Assembly: GCF_963921235.1 (NCBI RefSeq)
Contig: NC_086108.1
Location: 59,770,001-59,834,000, forward strand
DNA: 64,000 nucleotides
Direction of reading: 5' to 3'
From: Mobula hypostoma
Lineage: Eukaryota
Shown here: piece by piece, positions 62,716-64,000 of the stretch
Layout: each line of letters begins with the position of its first letter
Position numbering within the stretch: position 1 is the stretch's first letter
Notes under the pieces: generated by a model
What the model was told of the DNA's origin: nothing
Seen by the model: the letters and a program-made list of their open reading frames with translations, nothing else
Database searches by the model: none
Program-made: the position numbers and the translations under genes

Positions 62716-63765
62716 AGAACCAGAATCAGGTTTTATTATTTCTGACATGTGTTGTGTAATTGTTGTTTTGCGGCAGCAATAGAGTACAAGGCATAAAAAA
62801 TTACTTTAAATTACAAAAATAAATAAACAGCATGAAAGAGGAATAGCGAGGTAGTGTTCATGGGTTCTTGGAAATCAGAAATCTGAAGGCAGAGGGGAAG
62901 AAGCTGTTCCTAAAATATGGGATGTGGACCTTCAGGATCCTGTACCTCATCCCCCGGCTGTAGTAATGAGTAGAGGCCCTGTTTGGTGAAGGTTGGAGGA
63001 GGAGGAGAAGATGGCGACGTGACGGCAGCGCACGCGGCCTCTCCGGTGAATGATATCTGTAATCTGTCAAGTAGGGGACTGTGCACAATTCTGATTTGAT
63101 GGAGATGGACATGAGAGTACGGAGGAATATCCGGAAAACTTCTGAAATGCCCGCTTCGCTGCCGCCGCTACTGTGTGGTATCCGGAATCTCCAGAGCAGA
63201 AGGCCCCAAATCCTTGGCTTTGCTTGTTTCAGTGGCCAGGGCTAGGTCGAAGGCGCTCAGCAGAGGATGGCGCTCAGGAGGCTGTATCGGAGGGGCTGGT
63301 TGGAGGCTTGAAGTTTTCAGATGGACAGTGTCAGCTGTGGTTGGCTGCTTCCAAGGCATCGGCAAGTTGACGGTGTCTGGAGGTTTATGGCAGAGAGTTT
63401 CTCCCTTTTGCCGCCTTCTATCGGGCAATCGGAAGTCAATCAACTCGGGGACTTTGAGACTTTTTTTTACCGTGCCAATGGTTTGTTCTTCATCAAATTA
63501 TGGTATTGCTTTGCATTGCTGTAACTATATGTTATAATTATGTGGTTCTGTCAGTGTTAGTCTTTGGTTTGTCCTGTTTTCTGTGATATTACTCCAGAGA
63601 AACATTGTATCATTTCTTAATGGATTATTGCATTTCTAAATGACAATAAAAAAACAACTGAGTGTTCTGATAATCTAATGCTGGGTCATGAGGCACCGCC
63701 TTTTGAAGATGTCCTCGATAGCTGGGAGGTTTGTTTCCTGTAGTGGAGTTTTCAGAGTCTACAAC
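62716..63765 (-). mobile_element. Rex1/Babar 3' fragment interrupted by the non-coding retroposon
   Basis: (agaa.c)n tail at 62716-62730 and YFRNSFFPSAFRFL. Resumes at 63680 (aggcaccgccttttgaagatgtcc). Confidence 0.75.
62995..63679 (+). mobile_element. Unclassified ~685-bp non-coding retroposon, copy 2
   Basis: Colinear with the reverse complement of 33569-34241, from ggaggagaagatggcg to aatgacaataaa..taatctaat. Confidence 0.85.
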
Positions 63766-63789
63766 ACTTTTTAATTTTCCAAATGCATC

Positions 63790-63927
63790 TTCTCTCTTTT
63801 ATTTCAATCCTGAAGAGTGGTCTCTGCCTGAGACGTTGACTGTTTATTCATTTTCATAGATGCTTTCTGACCTGCTGAGTTCCCCAGCATTTTGAGTCTG
63901 TTGCTTTGGATTTCCTGCATCTGCATC
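63790..63927 (+). mobile_element. Old PLE terminal-repeat copy with degenerate hammerhead
   Basis: ctgaagagtggtctctgcctgagacgttgact..atagatgct..cctgctgagttc.ccagcattttg. Confidence 0.65.
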
Positions 63928-64000
63928 ATGTTTATACTTCAAAGTCCTGTCTACTTCATGTTTCAAAAGGGCTTACTTGGAATCTTCCATATATTATAGA

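Noticed and set aside
1..64000. Host protein-coding gene
   Set aside because: No ORF or splice-bounded segment with a recognisable cellular protein sequence was found. Small exons cannot be excluded without RNA-seq or homology searches.

Overview
Repeat-saturated vertebrate DNA, very probably from a cartilaginous fish (shark or ray). This is inferred from CR1 and Rex1/Babar LINEs with short tandem 3' tails, an HE1/V-SINE-type SINE and Penelope-like elements. No host protein-coding gene or exon could be supported; every interpretable long ORF is transposon-derived. Main contents: (1) several CR1 LINEs, including an uninterrupted 377-aa RT 3' end and a 5' end encoding a zinc-finger/SGNH-esterase ORF1; (2) many Rex1/Babar LINE fragments; (3) a four-level nested stack (12.6-29.1 kb) whose innermost member is a full-length, two-LTR Gmr1-like Gypsy element with PR-IN-RT-RH order and a SCAN-like capsid domain; (4) a Penelope-like family present as a 1.4-kb fold-back GIY-YIG element and as non-coding mini fold-backs, carrying minimal type I hammerhead ribozyme cores and flanked by 11-13 bp target-site duplications (TSDs); (5) two full-length copies of an unclassified ~680-bp non-coding retroposon; (6) Tigger, hAT and Harbinger remnants, solo LTRs and tRNA SINEs. 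The hammerhead-bearing mini hairpin retroelements are the most notable system. All alignments and coordinates were read by eye, so boundaries of old elements are approximate.
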